Origin: a virus
Taxonomy: Duplodnaviria; Caudoviricetes
DNA: 55,283 nucleotides
IMG/VR virus record: IMGVR_UViG_3300025640_000003
Span: 1-55,283 of that record
Strand: one strand, 5' to 3'
Shown: positions 47,309 through 55,283 of the stretch, one piece after another
Layout of the letters: each line of letters opens with the position of its first letter
Position numbering within the stretch: the first letter of the stretch is position 1
Program-made: the position numbers and the translations under genes
Notes under the pieces: generated by a model
Seen by the model: the letters and a program-made list of their open reading frames with translations, nothing else
Told to the model about the DNA's origin: nothing
The model's database searches: none

Positions 47309-47489
47309 GGTGCACGACTATGCGGGGGTGTGGAACGTCTTTGAGGATTATATGGAAGCTCTCGTGTGTGCTAACCAAATGTTCAATCGGGCCATGAAGT
47401 ATGGTGGTGATGAGTACATCAAGGTTATTGAAGTAACCAGAACAGAAAAAGATTGGGAGTCCGATGTGGATTCCCTCATGAACCAATAG
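47295..47489 (+). CDS. Hypothetical protein
   Basis: 64 aa with GAGGAG RBS. Confidence 0.7.
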   Translation: MIKYEVHDYAGVWNVFEDYMEALVCANQMFNRAMKYGGDEYIKVIEVTRTEKDWESDVDSLMNQ

Positions 47490-47499
47490 GAGATATACA

Positions 47500-47727
47500 A
47501 TGTTTGCAATCGTAGCCACTAAGCCCCTCAATGACAACACCAAGGGGTTCCGTTTCAATATCTTAGGTACCAAGGGTCTCACCCGTAAGCGTAAGGCTAT
47601 CAGTCGTGGGTATAAGATTGAGGTTGGTAAATGTATGACCGCCTATCACCTTGGCAAGCGTACCATCTATATCGAAAAAGATGAGAATACTGTAACAAAG
47701 CGCGTATTGCGCCACTTCGCGGGGTAA
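47500..47727 (+). CDS. Small basic hypothetical protein
   Basis: 75 aa with AGGAG RBS. Confidence 0.75.
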   Translation: MFAIVATKPLNDNTKGFRFNILGTKGLTRKRKAISRGYKIEVGKCMTAYHLGKRTIYIEKDENTVTKRVLRHFAG

Positions 47728-47731
47728 GTTC

Positions 47732-48343
47732 ATGTACCAGAGAGATTGCATAGAGATTAGTGAGTATGCTGAGGAGAGTCCCGACAACTTTTATGATGTG
47801 TTAGAGTTTGTGTTGTGTACCATCAACATGCCACTATCACGTGTAATCGATCAACGGGTCTCAATCAAGAAGGATGGCCTAAATAGTAAGTGGTTGAGTA
47901 AGGTCAAGGCCAGTGGTGTATACTATGGACAACAGAATAAGTCTGAATTGTTCGATACTACCTTTTCAATCAAGGCAAAACATGGTACCAAACTTGCTGG
48001 GAGTTACCGTGCGGTGGATAACTTAATGCAGATACCATCTATCGGTGTCGTAAAGGCTGGGTTCATTGCACAGATGTGTGGCTTTAATGTCGCATGTCTT
48101 GACCGTCATAACGTCCGGGAGTTTGGTATCAAGGAAAACATCTTGACTATCTCAAAGACACTCAACCCTGACCTCAAGCTTAAGAAGTGTAAGACCTACA
48201 CCCAACTGTGTCAACGTAAAGGTACAGAGTTCTGGTGGGACTTCTGGTGCAACTTCGTGGCTGAACGTGGCGGGATGAACAAAAGCCTACCGACTGGTGA
48301 TGCAGTCAGTGCATACCATGTAAAAGCAATCAAGGAGATTTAA
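47732..48343 (+). CDS. Helix-hairpin-helix DNA glycosylase-like protein
   Basis: LMQIPSIGVVKAGF.......VACLDRH. Confidence 0.55.
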   Translation: MYQRDCIEISEYAEESPDNFYDVLEFVLCTINMPLSRVIDQRVSIKKDGLNSKWLSKVKASGVYYGQQNKSELFDTTFSIKAKHGTKLAGSYRAVDNLMQIPSIGVVKAGFIAQMCGFNVACLDRHNVREFGIKENILTISKTLNPDLKLKKCKTYTQLCQRKGTEFWWDFWCNFVAERGGMNKSLPTGDAVSAYHVKAIKEI

Positions 48344-48344
48344 T

Positions 48345-48521
48345 ATGACTGAACCAACGCAACTTGAGAACCTGCCAATGCTGGTGGATGACATTAAAGC
48401 TACGACAAAGAAACTTAACAGTCTTATTGGTCGTGTCTCAAAGGACCACGGTGTGGAGTTTTCTAACTCTGCTGATAGTAAGAGTGGTCATATCTCTATC
48501 GTTATGAGGAAGAAACTATGA
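48345..48521 (+). CDS. Small hypothetical protein (58 aa)
   Basis: AAGGAG RBS; ATGA overlap with the next gene. Confidence 0.6.
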   Translation: MTEPTQLENLPMLVDDIKATTKKLNSLIGRVSKDHGVEFSNSADSKSGHISIVMRKKL

Positions 48522-48766
48522 ATAAGCCTAAGATCGGTGATGTGAAAGTAACCCCAGTCTACTACAAAACCACAGGGTTCGTGGAGGTGCCTGAGGGTGA
48601 ACAAGACCTCTACAGTGTAAGTATCTACAAGGTTGCTAGAGGTTATGGGGAGGGTTGGTTCCCCTTATACGACTTTCAATCAGGTGTCCCAGCGGATGTT
48701 TACGGTTATATGTATAGGGACAAGAAAGTTGCTTTGATGGCAGCTTCATGTATGGAGTTACAGTAG
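48518..48766 (+). CDS. Hypothetical protein
   Basis: 82 aa with GAGGA RBS. Confidence 0.65.
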   Translation: MNKPKIGDVKVTPVYYKTTGFVEVPEGEQDLYSVSIYKVARGYGEGWFPLYDFQSGVPADVYGYMYRDKKVALMAASCMELQ

Positions 48767-48896
48767 TGGACTTTGCAGAATACATAGAGTACATCAACAG
48801 TCTAACAGCACAGTGTATCCTTGATGTAGAATTTTGGGATGAAGTAGGCTCACACCTTGAGGGTTGCTGGGATACAATAGAAAGGAACAAAGACCA

Positions 48897-50948
48897 ATGA
48901 TTAGTAATAAAACACAACGAGAAGTTGCATCTAACTCCGCAAACACAAAAGAGTTTAGCATCCAGAACTCCTCGAAGATGTTTCAAATGATCATCTCTGG
49001 GTTGTACTCAGATAAACCACAAAGTATCACTCGTGAAATCTGGGCCAATGCTTTCGATGCACACTGCATGGTGGGTACACCTGATAAGCCCTTTGAGATC
49101 ACCTTCCCATCTTCACTAACACCAACCTTTACTTGTCGTGACTTCGGGCCGGGTATCCACCATGATGACATGGAAGGTTTCTATACTGTTCTGGGTCACT
49201 CCACCAAAGAGGACACCAATGATGCAGTGGGTAAGTGGGGTGTGGGCCGTATGTCCCCTATGAGCTACACAGACAGCTTCTCAGTGACATCTTACCACAA
49301 AGGTATGGTAGGGTACTACAGCGTACAGCTTGGCCCTGACGGTGCCCCACAGCTTCACACAATGGTACCTCCATCCCCTACTGACAAACCGGATGGTCTT
49401 GAGGTTAGCTTCCCTGTACAACGTAAAGACATTGGGCTGTTTGCAGAAGCAGCTAAACGTGTGTCACTTGGTTTTGATATTAAGCCAGTGGTTCGGGGTC
49501 AACCTGACTTTGTGTGGCCAGAGATTGAGAAGTATTTTGAAGGTGACGGTTGGTATGCCTTTAGAAGCACTTACAAATCACCTCACCGTGGTACCTACGC
49601 TAAGATGGGCTGCGTCCTCTACCCGATTGACGTTGATACCATTAGAGGCTCCCTAACTCACGCCCAGTTAAAACTAATACGTTCTTGTAACTTTGTCATA
49701 GACTTTGATATTGGTGATCTTGAAGTTACAGCATCTCGTGAGGGGTTGTCGTATGGTCGCCTTGACCCCACCACAGACTCTATCAGAAAGAAGTTGGAGT
49801 GTATCTTAGGTAACATCAAAGATGTTGTGGAGGAAGCTATCAAAGAGTCCCCAACTTACTTCGATGCCCTTATCAAGAAGAACCAAACCAACATGTTCCC
49901 TAGTGGTACTATAGGTGACGTGTCTTGGCGTGGTGAGGTCCTGTCCCTACTCTCAGTCCTTACTGACGACATTAAAGCCTACAAGGGTTCCTACAAGAGT
50001 TCCTACGAGTTCCGTCGCCAAAGGTCCAAGGTCGGCTTCACGAGTAGTTTAACTGTTAGCTCTTCAACCCACGGTATCTACATTAGTGTCGTCGGTGGTA
50101 AAGAGCATGATGTACGTTCTGGTGAGCGTATTGCCAGTCACTATCATGGTTCTGGTAGTGGAAAAGACACCCTCTGGTTCAAGGTTGAGAGTCAGACTGA
50201 GGCTACCACCCTGCTGGGGCTTCTTAAGGCTCGTCTGGGTGACACACACACTTACACCCTAGTTAAAGATATACCCGACACAGGGCCTAGGGTTGGTACA
50301 CGTACTAAGACTAAGCTTAAGAGTCATAATATTGGTTCCCGTGGGACTTGGGGTGACTACACAATGGAGAGTGAGGAGTTTGACAAAGGTGGAGTTTACC
50401 TACCTATAATTAACAACAGCCCACTTGAGGGTAAGCACTTATATGGTGTTGTAGCTAAGTACCTAAAGCAAGCTAAGGTTATCACCAGTGACCACTTGAT
50501 TGTTGTACCAAAGACACACTGGAAGAAGTTCGAGGAGGCAACCAACTGGAAACCTTTGTGGGATGTGGCTAATGAGTATAAGATGAAAGGGCTTGCCAAG
50601 AAGAAGTCTTTTGCTATCTCTCAGCTACCACGTAAAGAGAGAGGTTCCGTGGCTCTTGCAGGTCTGTCCGAGCAGAACAGTCTGTTCAAGTCACTAAACT
50701 CTTTGATAACAAGACCAGAGGGCAGGCTCATTGACGGTATGAAAGCAGACGAGATGCACCACCTATTGAGTATTCTTGGTGTTGAACTTCCTAAGTCTTG
50801 CCCAAAAACAAAGGAGTTGATCAGTAAGATACTCACTAAGTACCCACTGCTGGAGTCAGGCCTTTACAGGAATCACATACCAAAACCTTACGTAGACTAT
50901 GTGGCAGGTATTGACCTACTCTCAGCTAAACAAACTATCGCAGCATAA
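48897..50948 (+). CDS. rIIA: rIIA-like protein
   Basis: GHKL ATPase motifs LYSDK...REIWANAFDAH, RDFGPG, G.STK, GKWGVG; LEVTASREGLSY. Confidence 0.9.
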   Translation: MISNKTQREVASNSANTKEFSIQNSSKMFQMIISGLYSDKPQSITREIWANAFDAHCMVGTPDKPFEITFPSSLTPTFTCRDFGPGIHHDDMEGFYTVLGHSTKEDTNDAVGKWGVGRMSPMSYTDSFSVTSYHKGMVGYYSVQLGPDGAPQLHTMVPPSPTDKPDGLEVSFPVQRKDIGLFAEAAKRVSLGFDIKPVVRGQPDFVWPEIEKYFEGDGWYAFRSTYKSPHRGTYAKMGCVLYPIDVDTIRGSLTHAQLKLIRSCNFVIDFDIGDLEVTASREGLSYGRLDPTTDSIRKKLECILGNIKDVVEEAIKESPTYFDALIKKNQTNMFPSGTIGDVSWRGEVLSLLSVLTDDIKAYKGSYKSSYEFRRQRSKVGFTSSLTVSSSTHGIYISVVGGKEHDVRSGERIASHYHGSGSGKDTLWFKVESQTEATTLLGLLKARLGDTHTYTLVKDIPDTGPRVGTRTKTKLKSHNIGSRGTWGDYTMESEEFDKGGVYLPIINNSPLEGKHLYGVVAKYLKQAKVITSDHLIVVPKTHWKKFEEATNWKPLWDVANEYKMKGLAKKKSFAISQLPRKERGSVALAGLSEQNSLFKSLNSLITRPEGRLIDGMKADEMHHLLSILGVELPKSCPKTKELISKILTKYPLLESGLYRNHIPKPYVDYVAGIDLLSAKQTIAA

Positions 50949-50958
50949 GGAGATAAAC

Positions 50959-51753
50959 ATGCGCGTACCTTTTACTTTCTCTAATGACTCAATCTCAGTG
51001 TTCCTGTCCGGAAAGATGTTCACTGTACCAAGTTCTGATGCAAGCTTCGGAGAGCTTAAGGAGTACCTCAAGGAGCCTTCCCATGACCCAGAGTACCTTG
51101 AGGACCTCTTGGACAAACCTAAGATGCTTGCCAAGGCCTCTGCGGGTAAGGTTGTGGTCACTGATGGTCAGGTCACTTACGCTGGTGAGGTTATCCACAA
51201 CTCCCTCACTGACAAACTCTTGAACCTACTGTCTGAGGGTTTTGATGTAGAGCCTTGGGCAAGGTTCATGGACAACATGATGGAGAACCCGTCGTACAAC
51301 TCACGTACATGCCTCTACAACTTCCTCGACCACTTTCGTACTCCTATCACTGAGGATGGTCACTTCATCGCATTCAAGCGGGTACGTGATAACTATCTTG
51401 ATGTACACTCAGGTACTATGGACAATAGCCCCGGTAAAGTTGTTTCTATGCCTCGCTATAAGGTTGATGACAACCCAAACAATACCTGTTCTTCTGGACT
51501 CCATGCTTGTGCCGACGAGTATCTTAAGGGCTTTGCAACGGGTTCAAACTACCGTACGGTTGCAGTAAAGATCAACCCTAAGGATGTTGTTGCTGTGCCT
51601 GCTGACTATCACTTTAGTAAGATGCGAGTGTGTCAGTACACTGTCCTTGGGGATGTTAAGGAGAAAGAGATCGAGTCTATTCGTGAGTCTGACTATCTGG
51701 ATTATGACGACTACGATTGGGATACAGACTATTTCTCCTCAGACTTCGACTAA
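50959..51753 (+). CDS. rIIB: rIIB-like protein
   Basis: PITEDGHFIAFK.V, MPR..VDDNP..TCSSGLH, INPKDVVAVP.DY..SKMRVC. Confidence 0.92.
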   Translation: MRVPFTFSNDSISVFLSGKMFTVPSSDASFGELKEYLKEPSHDPEYLEDLLDKPKMLAKASAGKVVVTDGQVTYAGEVIHNSLTDKLLNLLSEGFDVEPWARFMDNMMENPSYNSRTCLYNFLDHFRTPITEDGHFIAFKRVRDNYLDVHSGTMDNSPGKVVSMPRYKVDDNPNNTCSSGLHACADEYLKGFATGSNYRTVAVKINPKDVVAVPADYHFSKMRVCQYTVLGDVKEKEIESIRESDYLDYDDYDWDTDYFSSDFD

Positions 51754-51759
51754 ACTTAC

Positions 51760-51790
51760 AAGCCCCATCAGGAATATCTTGGTGGGGCTT
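51760..51790 (+). terminator. Hairpin after rIIB
   Basis: AAGCCCCATCAGGA...TCTTGGTGGGGCTT; weak U tract. Confidence 0.5.
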
Positions 51791-51813
51791 AACTTATAAC
51801 AAGGTGTTATGAC

Positions 51814-52038
51814 ATGGAAACTTACCTTACGACGATCAAGAACAGCGACGGGTATCTGGTCGAAGAAATTTACTCTGACTCATTCAACAAGGCGGTCTTT
51901 GAGGCTGGTGAAGCTGCCAGTGCTGGGGACAGGGTTACTATCTATGAGGGGGAGGAAGATGCATTAGGTTCGATATGTAACCCATTGATTATGATGGACT
52001 TTACACAAGATGCTTACAAAGATTATGATGGGGGTTGA
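51814..52038 (+). CDS. Hypothetical protein
   Basis: 74 aa with AAGGTG RBS. Confidence 0.65.
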   Translation: METYLTTIKNSDGYLVEEIYSDSFNKAVFEAGEAASAGDRVTIYEGEEDALGSICNPLIMMDFTQDAYKDYDGG

Positions 52039-52063
52039 CAGGTTTTAGAGCTTAGAGTACTCT
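52035..52063 (+). promoter_or_regulatory. Possible promoter TTGACA-N17-TACTCT upstream of the recombinase
   Basis: Sigma70-like boxes. Confidence 0.5.
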
Positions 52064-52229
52064 CTCTTACATAATGTAATACTTAATGAATACTTAAGGT
52101 TATTACTTATCTATCTTTTAAAGATAGAAATCCTAAAGGAACATTAAGTATTACTTAAGGAGCACCTAAAGATGGTTGATGACCCTACAGATGATTGGTC
52201 AAAAGACTTAGATAAATTGCCTAAGGAGC

Positions 52230-53330
52230 ATGACAGGGATGAGGTACCTAAAAAGAGTTAAGACAAGTAAAGGTTCTTTTGAGTATAAGTTCAACCCACC
52301 TAGGTCAGCTATCAAGGCTGGTGTCGTCAAGGCAAGGACATTCAAAGATGGACGACAAGCAAGGTATGAAGTTCCACGTCTCATAGAAAAAGTAGATGCT
52401 TGGAAAAGGGGAGAGTTAGTTGCCGATAACATTGGACCTAAGAGTAGGTTAGTAGATATCTTCAATCACTATCTGAACACAGAACACTTCAAATCTTTGT
52501 CGTCTAATTCTCAAATTGCTTATGAGATAAATATCAAAAATCTCTTAAAGACAAAAACTAAACAAGGTAAGACTTTCGGTGATACTTGCTTGCATAACCT
52601 TACTGCTGTCTTTTGTTCTCATATCTATAATTCTTGGGTAAAGGACAACGGAGTTCCAACAGCAAACAAATGGGCCACACTGTTCGGTGTTCTTATGAGC
52701 TACGCCATGTCCCTAGACCTGATAACAAATAACCCAATGTCCAAGGTTAAGAAGCTTAAACACAAACCAAGGTCAGAGGTATGGTCTGAGGGACAAGTAG
52801 AGAAGTTCGTGGAGACAGCCTTCACAGAGTTCCGTTGGAGATCGATAGGCATCCTTGCACTTCTCTGCTATGAGTGGGCACAGAGACCTACAGACATAGC
52901 TAACCTCAAGTGGGACGCTGTAGACCTCCAGAGAGGCTCTGTAACGATCACACAGAGCAAGAGAGGGGCCACGGTGTACCTACCCCTAGCAAAGCACCTC
53001 AAGGCCCTCCTAGAGGCTCAGAATGAGGACTTAGGTTTCCAGCCATTAGTTGTACCTGATACACACAGACCTTCGGGTGGCTATGGACCGTTAACCGCAC
53101 AAAGAATGTCAGTACTTGTGAGGCAGGTTAAGGAGACATCTGGCACACCCGAAAACTTAAGGATTGGAGACTTAAGAAAATCTGCAATAACGGAGATGGT
53201 ATCTTCTGGGGTTGATACTTCTGCGATCATGTCTGTAACAGGGCATAAAAATATACAGTCTCTTAATCCCTACTTGAAAAACACAATAGAGGCAGCTACA
53301 TCTGCTTTAGAGAAAAGGAAGAAACTGTAG
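52230..53330 (+). CDS. Tyrosine recombinase/integrase-family protein
   Basis: QRPTDI.NLKW, QSKRG, DLRKSAITEM, TGHKN....PY. Confidence 0.9.
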   Translation: MTGMRYLKRVKTSKGSFEYKFNPPRSAIKAGVVKARTFKDGRQARYEVPRLIEKVDAWKRGELVADNIGPKSRLVDIFNHYLNTEHFKSLSSNSQIAYEINIKNLLKTKTKQGKTFGDTCLHNLTAVFCSHIYNSWVKDNGVPTANKWATLFGVLMSYAMSLDLITNNPMSKVKKLKHKPRSEVWSEGQVEKFVETAFTEFRWRSIGILALLCYEWAQRPTDIANLKWDAVDLQRGSVTITQSKRGATVYLPLAKHLKALLEAQNEDLGFQPLVVPDTHRPSGGYGPLTAQRMSVLVRQVKETSGTPENLRIGDLRKSAITEMVSSGVDTSAIMSVTGHKNIQSLNPYLKNTIEAATSALEKRKKL

Positions 53331-53340
53331 TACATAAATA

Positions 53341-53378
53341 CAACACAAGGTGATCTCTAAGAAGGTTGCCTTGTGTTG
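53341..53378. other. Inverted repeat between the recombinase and the tRNA locus
   Basis: CAACACAAGG...CCTTGTGTTG (10-bp perfect arms). Confidence 0.6.
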
Positions 53379-53408
53379 GTACGACACGTAAGATACAATT
53401 CACTTATT

Positions 53409-53435
53409 GGCTCCATAGCTCAACTGGATAGAGCA
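53409..53435 (+). pseudogene. 5' fragment of the interrupted tRNA-Arg(UCU)
   Basis: GGCTCCA TA GCTC AACTGGATA GAGC A = acceptor 5' strand plus D-arm. Confidence 0.85.
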
Positions 53436-53770
53436 TGTTCAATCGAATGACAATTAGCACAAAGGAGGTCACACTTATCAAGTTCTACTACAATCTTATC
53501 CCAAGACCTCAGTCTGAGCTTGTTCCACATAACATCCTTAGTGGTTGGGTCCATGTGGTGAAACTGTAGTGCTGCGTAATGATCATCATAACCACAACGA
53601 TTGCACTTACCCCCTTTGTAGTTGATGGCGTCTTTCTTCTTTTGTATCCATCTATCTACACAGTATCGGTTGAAGCAACTCTTGCAGGATGATGCTCCTT
53701 TCTTTCTATCAGCTTGTTTATAAAAATCAGATAAAGGTTTTTCTTTGTGACAAGTAGTACAAGTTTTCAT
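53420..53770 (-). CDS. HNH endonuclease inside the interrupted tRNA
   Basis: KGGKCNRCGY....ALQFHH.DP..K...ELDKCDLLCANCH..EH; N-terminal Zn ribbon; ATG 53770. Confidence 0.9.
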   Translation of the reverse strand: MKTCTTCHKEKPLSDFYKQADRKKGASSCKSCFNRYCVDRWIQKKKDAINYKGGKCNRCGYDDHYAALQFHHMDPTTKDVMWNKLRLRSWDKIVVELDKCDLLCANCHSIEHALSS

Positions 53771-53786
53771 GTTTATTCTTTCATTA

Positions 53787-53874
53787 GGTTTCCGTCCCCA
53801 CAACAGTCTTCTAAACTGTTCACGTTAAAAAGGTGGGAAGGAGTGGAGAGGTTCGATTCCTCCGGGAACCTCCA
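53787..53874 (+). ncRNA. Atypical tRNA-like RNA, anticodon UCU, no D-arm
   Basis: GGTTTCCG/CGGGAACC acceptor plus TCCA; AACAGT-CTTCTAA-ACTGTT arm; GAGG-TTCGATT-CCTC T-arm. Confidence 0.75.
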
Positions 53875-53904
53875 TAGTTATACGCAGGTTGGATAGAAAG
53901 TCAA
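53875..53904 (-). promoter_or_regulatory. Promoter TTGACT-N16-TATAACTA directed at the HNH gene
   Basis: Recurrent phage motif inside the insert. Confidence 0.7.
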
Positions 53905-53925
53905 AGTCTAATACAAATATGGACT

Positions 53926-53970
53926 CTTCTAATCAGCAGGTTCGAGGTTCGAGTCCTCGTGGAGTCACCA
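53926..53970 (+). pseudogene. 3' fragment of the interrupted tRNA-Arg(UCU)
   Basis: CT TCT AA TCAGC AGGTT CGAGG TTCGAGT CCTCG TGGAGTC ACCA. Confidence 0.85.
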
Positions 53971-53986
53971 AATCAAGAGGTACTAA

Positions 53987-54652
53987 ATGACACAAATTCA
54001 AGCAACACTGATCGACCACATGGGTAGCGACTTATCGACAGTTAACGCAGCACGGGTTAGCTTTGGTAAGACAAGTCAGTGGGAGTTCAGTGAAGACCCA
54101 GATGATACAGGAACCCTATCAGAGCGTGACACTAAACTAATTAGGTACCTTGCCAAGCATAACCACCTGTCGCCTTTTGGTCATGCCTTTGCTTCGTTCC
54201 ATGTTAAAGCACCTCTATTCGTACACGCTCAACTTGTAAAACACAAATTCTTAAGGGTCAACACAATCAGTCGCCGTTACGTTGACGATAGCGTAGTACT
54301 TTATACACCTGACACATGGCGTGGACGTAGTGAAGACAAGAAACAAGGTTCTTCGGATGACATGGATTGGGAGCATACACCTTATTGCTACGAGACCTCT
54401 CTAAACAACTATAAGTTCTTGTTGGACACTGGTGTGGCTCCTGAGATGGCTAGGATGGTACTACCTCAAGCACTCATGACCGAGTTTTATTGGAGTGGTA
54501 GCCTTGATGCTTTTGCTGCCATGTGTGTACTACGTTGTGCCCCTGACACTCAATATGAGTCACGTGTTGTTGCTGACCAGATCAGTGAAGTGATGGGTAG
54601 GCTTTTTCCTGTTTCGTGGGAAGCTTTAATGAAAGGACAAACAAATGACTGA
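53987..54652 (+). CDS. thyX: Flavin-dependent thymidylate synthase
   Basis: VNAARVSF, HLSPF, QLVKH....NTISRRY, GVAPEMARMVLPQ, LRC...TQYE. Confidence 0.93.
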   Translation: MTQIQATLIDHMGSDLSTVNAARVSFGKTSQWEFSEDPDDTGTLSERDTKLIRYLAKHNHLSPFGHAFASFHVKAPLFVHAQLVKHKFLRVNTISRRYVDDSVVLYTPDTWRGRSEDKKQGSSDDMDWEHTPYCYETSLNNYKFLLDTGVAPEMARMVLPQALMTEFYWSGSLDAFAAMCVLRCAPDTQYESRVVADQISEVMGRLFPVSWEALMKGQTND

Positions 54653-54705
54653 CCTGATAGAGAGATTGCGCGAACTGGAAACCCATCTTGCTAAGGACGA
54701 CAGAT

Positions 54706-54852
54706 ATGTTTAGGCATTTCAAAACACTGAAAGAAGCTAAGGCGCACATCGCGGCAAACCCGCATCGCGACCTTGTTTATAAAAAGCACAAAGGCAAGCG
54801 GCCTAAGCCTTATCAGGTCGGTTCACGCCTGTCTTTCTTGCACTTCACATAA
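54706..54852 (+). CDS. Small basic hypothetical protein (48 aa)
   Basis: TAAGGA RBS; MFRHFKTLKEAKAHI... Confidence 0.5.
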   Translation: MFRHFKTLKEAKAHIAANPHRDLVYKKHKGKRPKPYQVGSRLSFLHFT

Positions 54853-54865
54853 GGACGCCAAAGAT

Positions 54866-55024
54866 ATGCACTGGATGGACAAAGCCGTAGAAGAACTTGA
54901 GACAGACCTTGAAAACGGCCTGATCAGTCAAGAAGAATTTCGCGCCCAAATGCGCGACCTGCAAGCCGAGCTGCGCGAGGCTCAATTTGAAGCCGCGCAA
55001 GAAGCCCACGACAACTACTATTAA
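54866..55024 (+). CDS. Small acidic protein
   Basis: TAAGGA RBS; ELETDLENGLISQEEF. Confidence 0.6.
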   Translation: MHWMDKAVEELETDLENGLISQEEFRAQMRDLQAELREAQFEAAQEAHDNYY

Positions 55025-55095
55025 AGGACCGTCTAGTAACCATCTGGCAGGCTTGGTGCCTGACGTCTGCCAACCAAACCGCAATGGAGAGTGAT

Positions 55096-55283
55096 ATGAA
55101 CACCAGAACCGACATTCTGAAAGAGGCCGACGAACTCATCAACGGCGAGCGGCAGTCAAATGCAATCCTTACCGATGAACTAGAAACCTACCACGCCGCC
55201 CTACCCCGCGCCTATCGTATGGGGCTGGAAGATGCGGCTACTGTCATGGACCACCGCGCATATGGTTGCAGAATTACTGTAGG
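55096..55283 (+). CDS. 5' part of the junction-spanning hypothetical protein
   Basis: GGAGA RBS; ATG 55096; open to the window end and in frame with 1-180. Confidence 0.6.
   Translation, partial: MNTRTDILKEADELINGERQSNAILTDELETYHAALPRAYRMGLEDAATVMDHRAYGCRITV
55210..55283. repeat. Copy of bases 1-74
   Basis: Exact match. Confidence 0.95.

Larger units (their letters stand above)
53436..53925. mobile_element. 490-bp insert (HNH gene, tRNA-like RNA and promoter) splitting tRNA-Arg
   Basis: Separates two tRNA fragments whose acceptor strands are complementary. Confidence 0.75.

Noticed and set aside
53808-53816. Amber suppressor (CUA) reading of the tRNA-like loop, implying a recoded genome
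   Set aside because: The symmetric stem centres the 7-nt loop on TCT, and TAG is used as a normal stop in several genes
53436-53925. Group I intron in tRNA-Arg
   Set aside because: No recognisable P7 core sequences, little room outside the ORF and the tRNA-like RNA, and no U/G splice junction restores the anticodon stem

Overview
This window is an apparently complete, circularly permuted genome of a tailed dsDNA phage, about 55.2 kb. Bases 1-74 are repeated at 55210-55283 and an ORF reads through the junction. The virion genes look podovirus-like and no phage RNA polymerase gene is visible; an alphaproteobacterial (Rhodobacteraceae-like) host is an inference only. The plus-strand arm carries early accessory genes, rIIA/rIIB, a tyrosine recombinase, thyX, primase-helicase, family A DNA polymerase, SSB, nucleases, class II RNR and phoH. 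The minus-strand arm carries lysis genes, fibres, terminase, portal, scaffold, capsid, tail and internal virion proteins. Two elements stand out. (1) The large terminase contains a 338-aa intein whose central region has no recognisable endonuclease in its own frame. A complete 261-aa HNH gene lies on the opposite strand inside the intein, with its own near-consensus promoter and RBS written into the intein's C-terminal splice-motif codons. (2) A tRNA-Arg(UCU) gene is split by a 490-bp insert carrying an antisense HNH gene, a promoter for it, and an atypical D-armless tRNA-like RNA with the same UCU anticodon loop. All product calls come from motif recognition by eye; no database searches were run.
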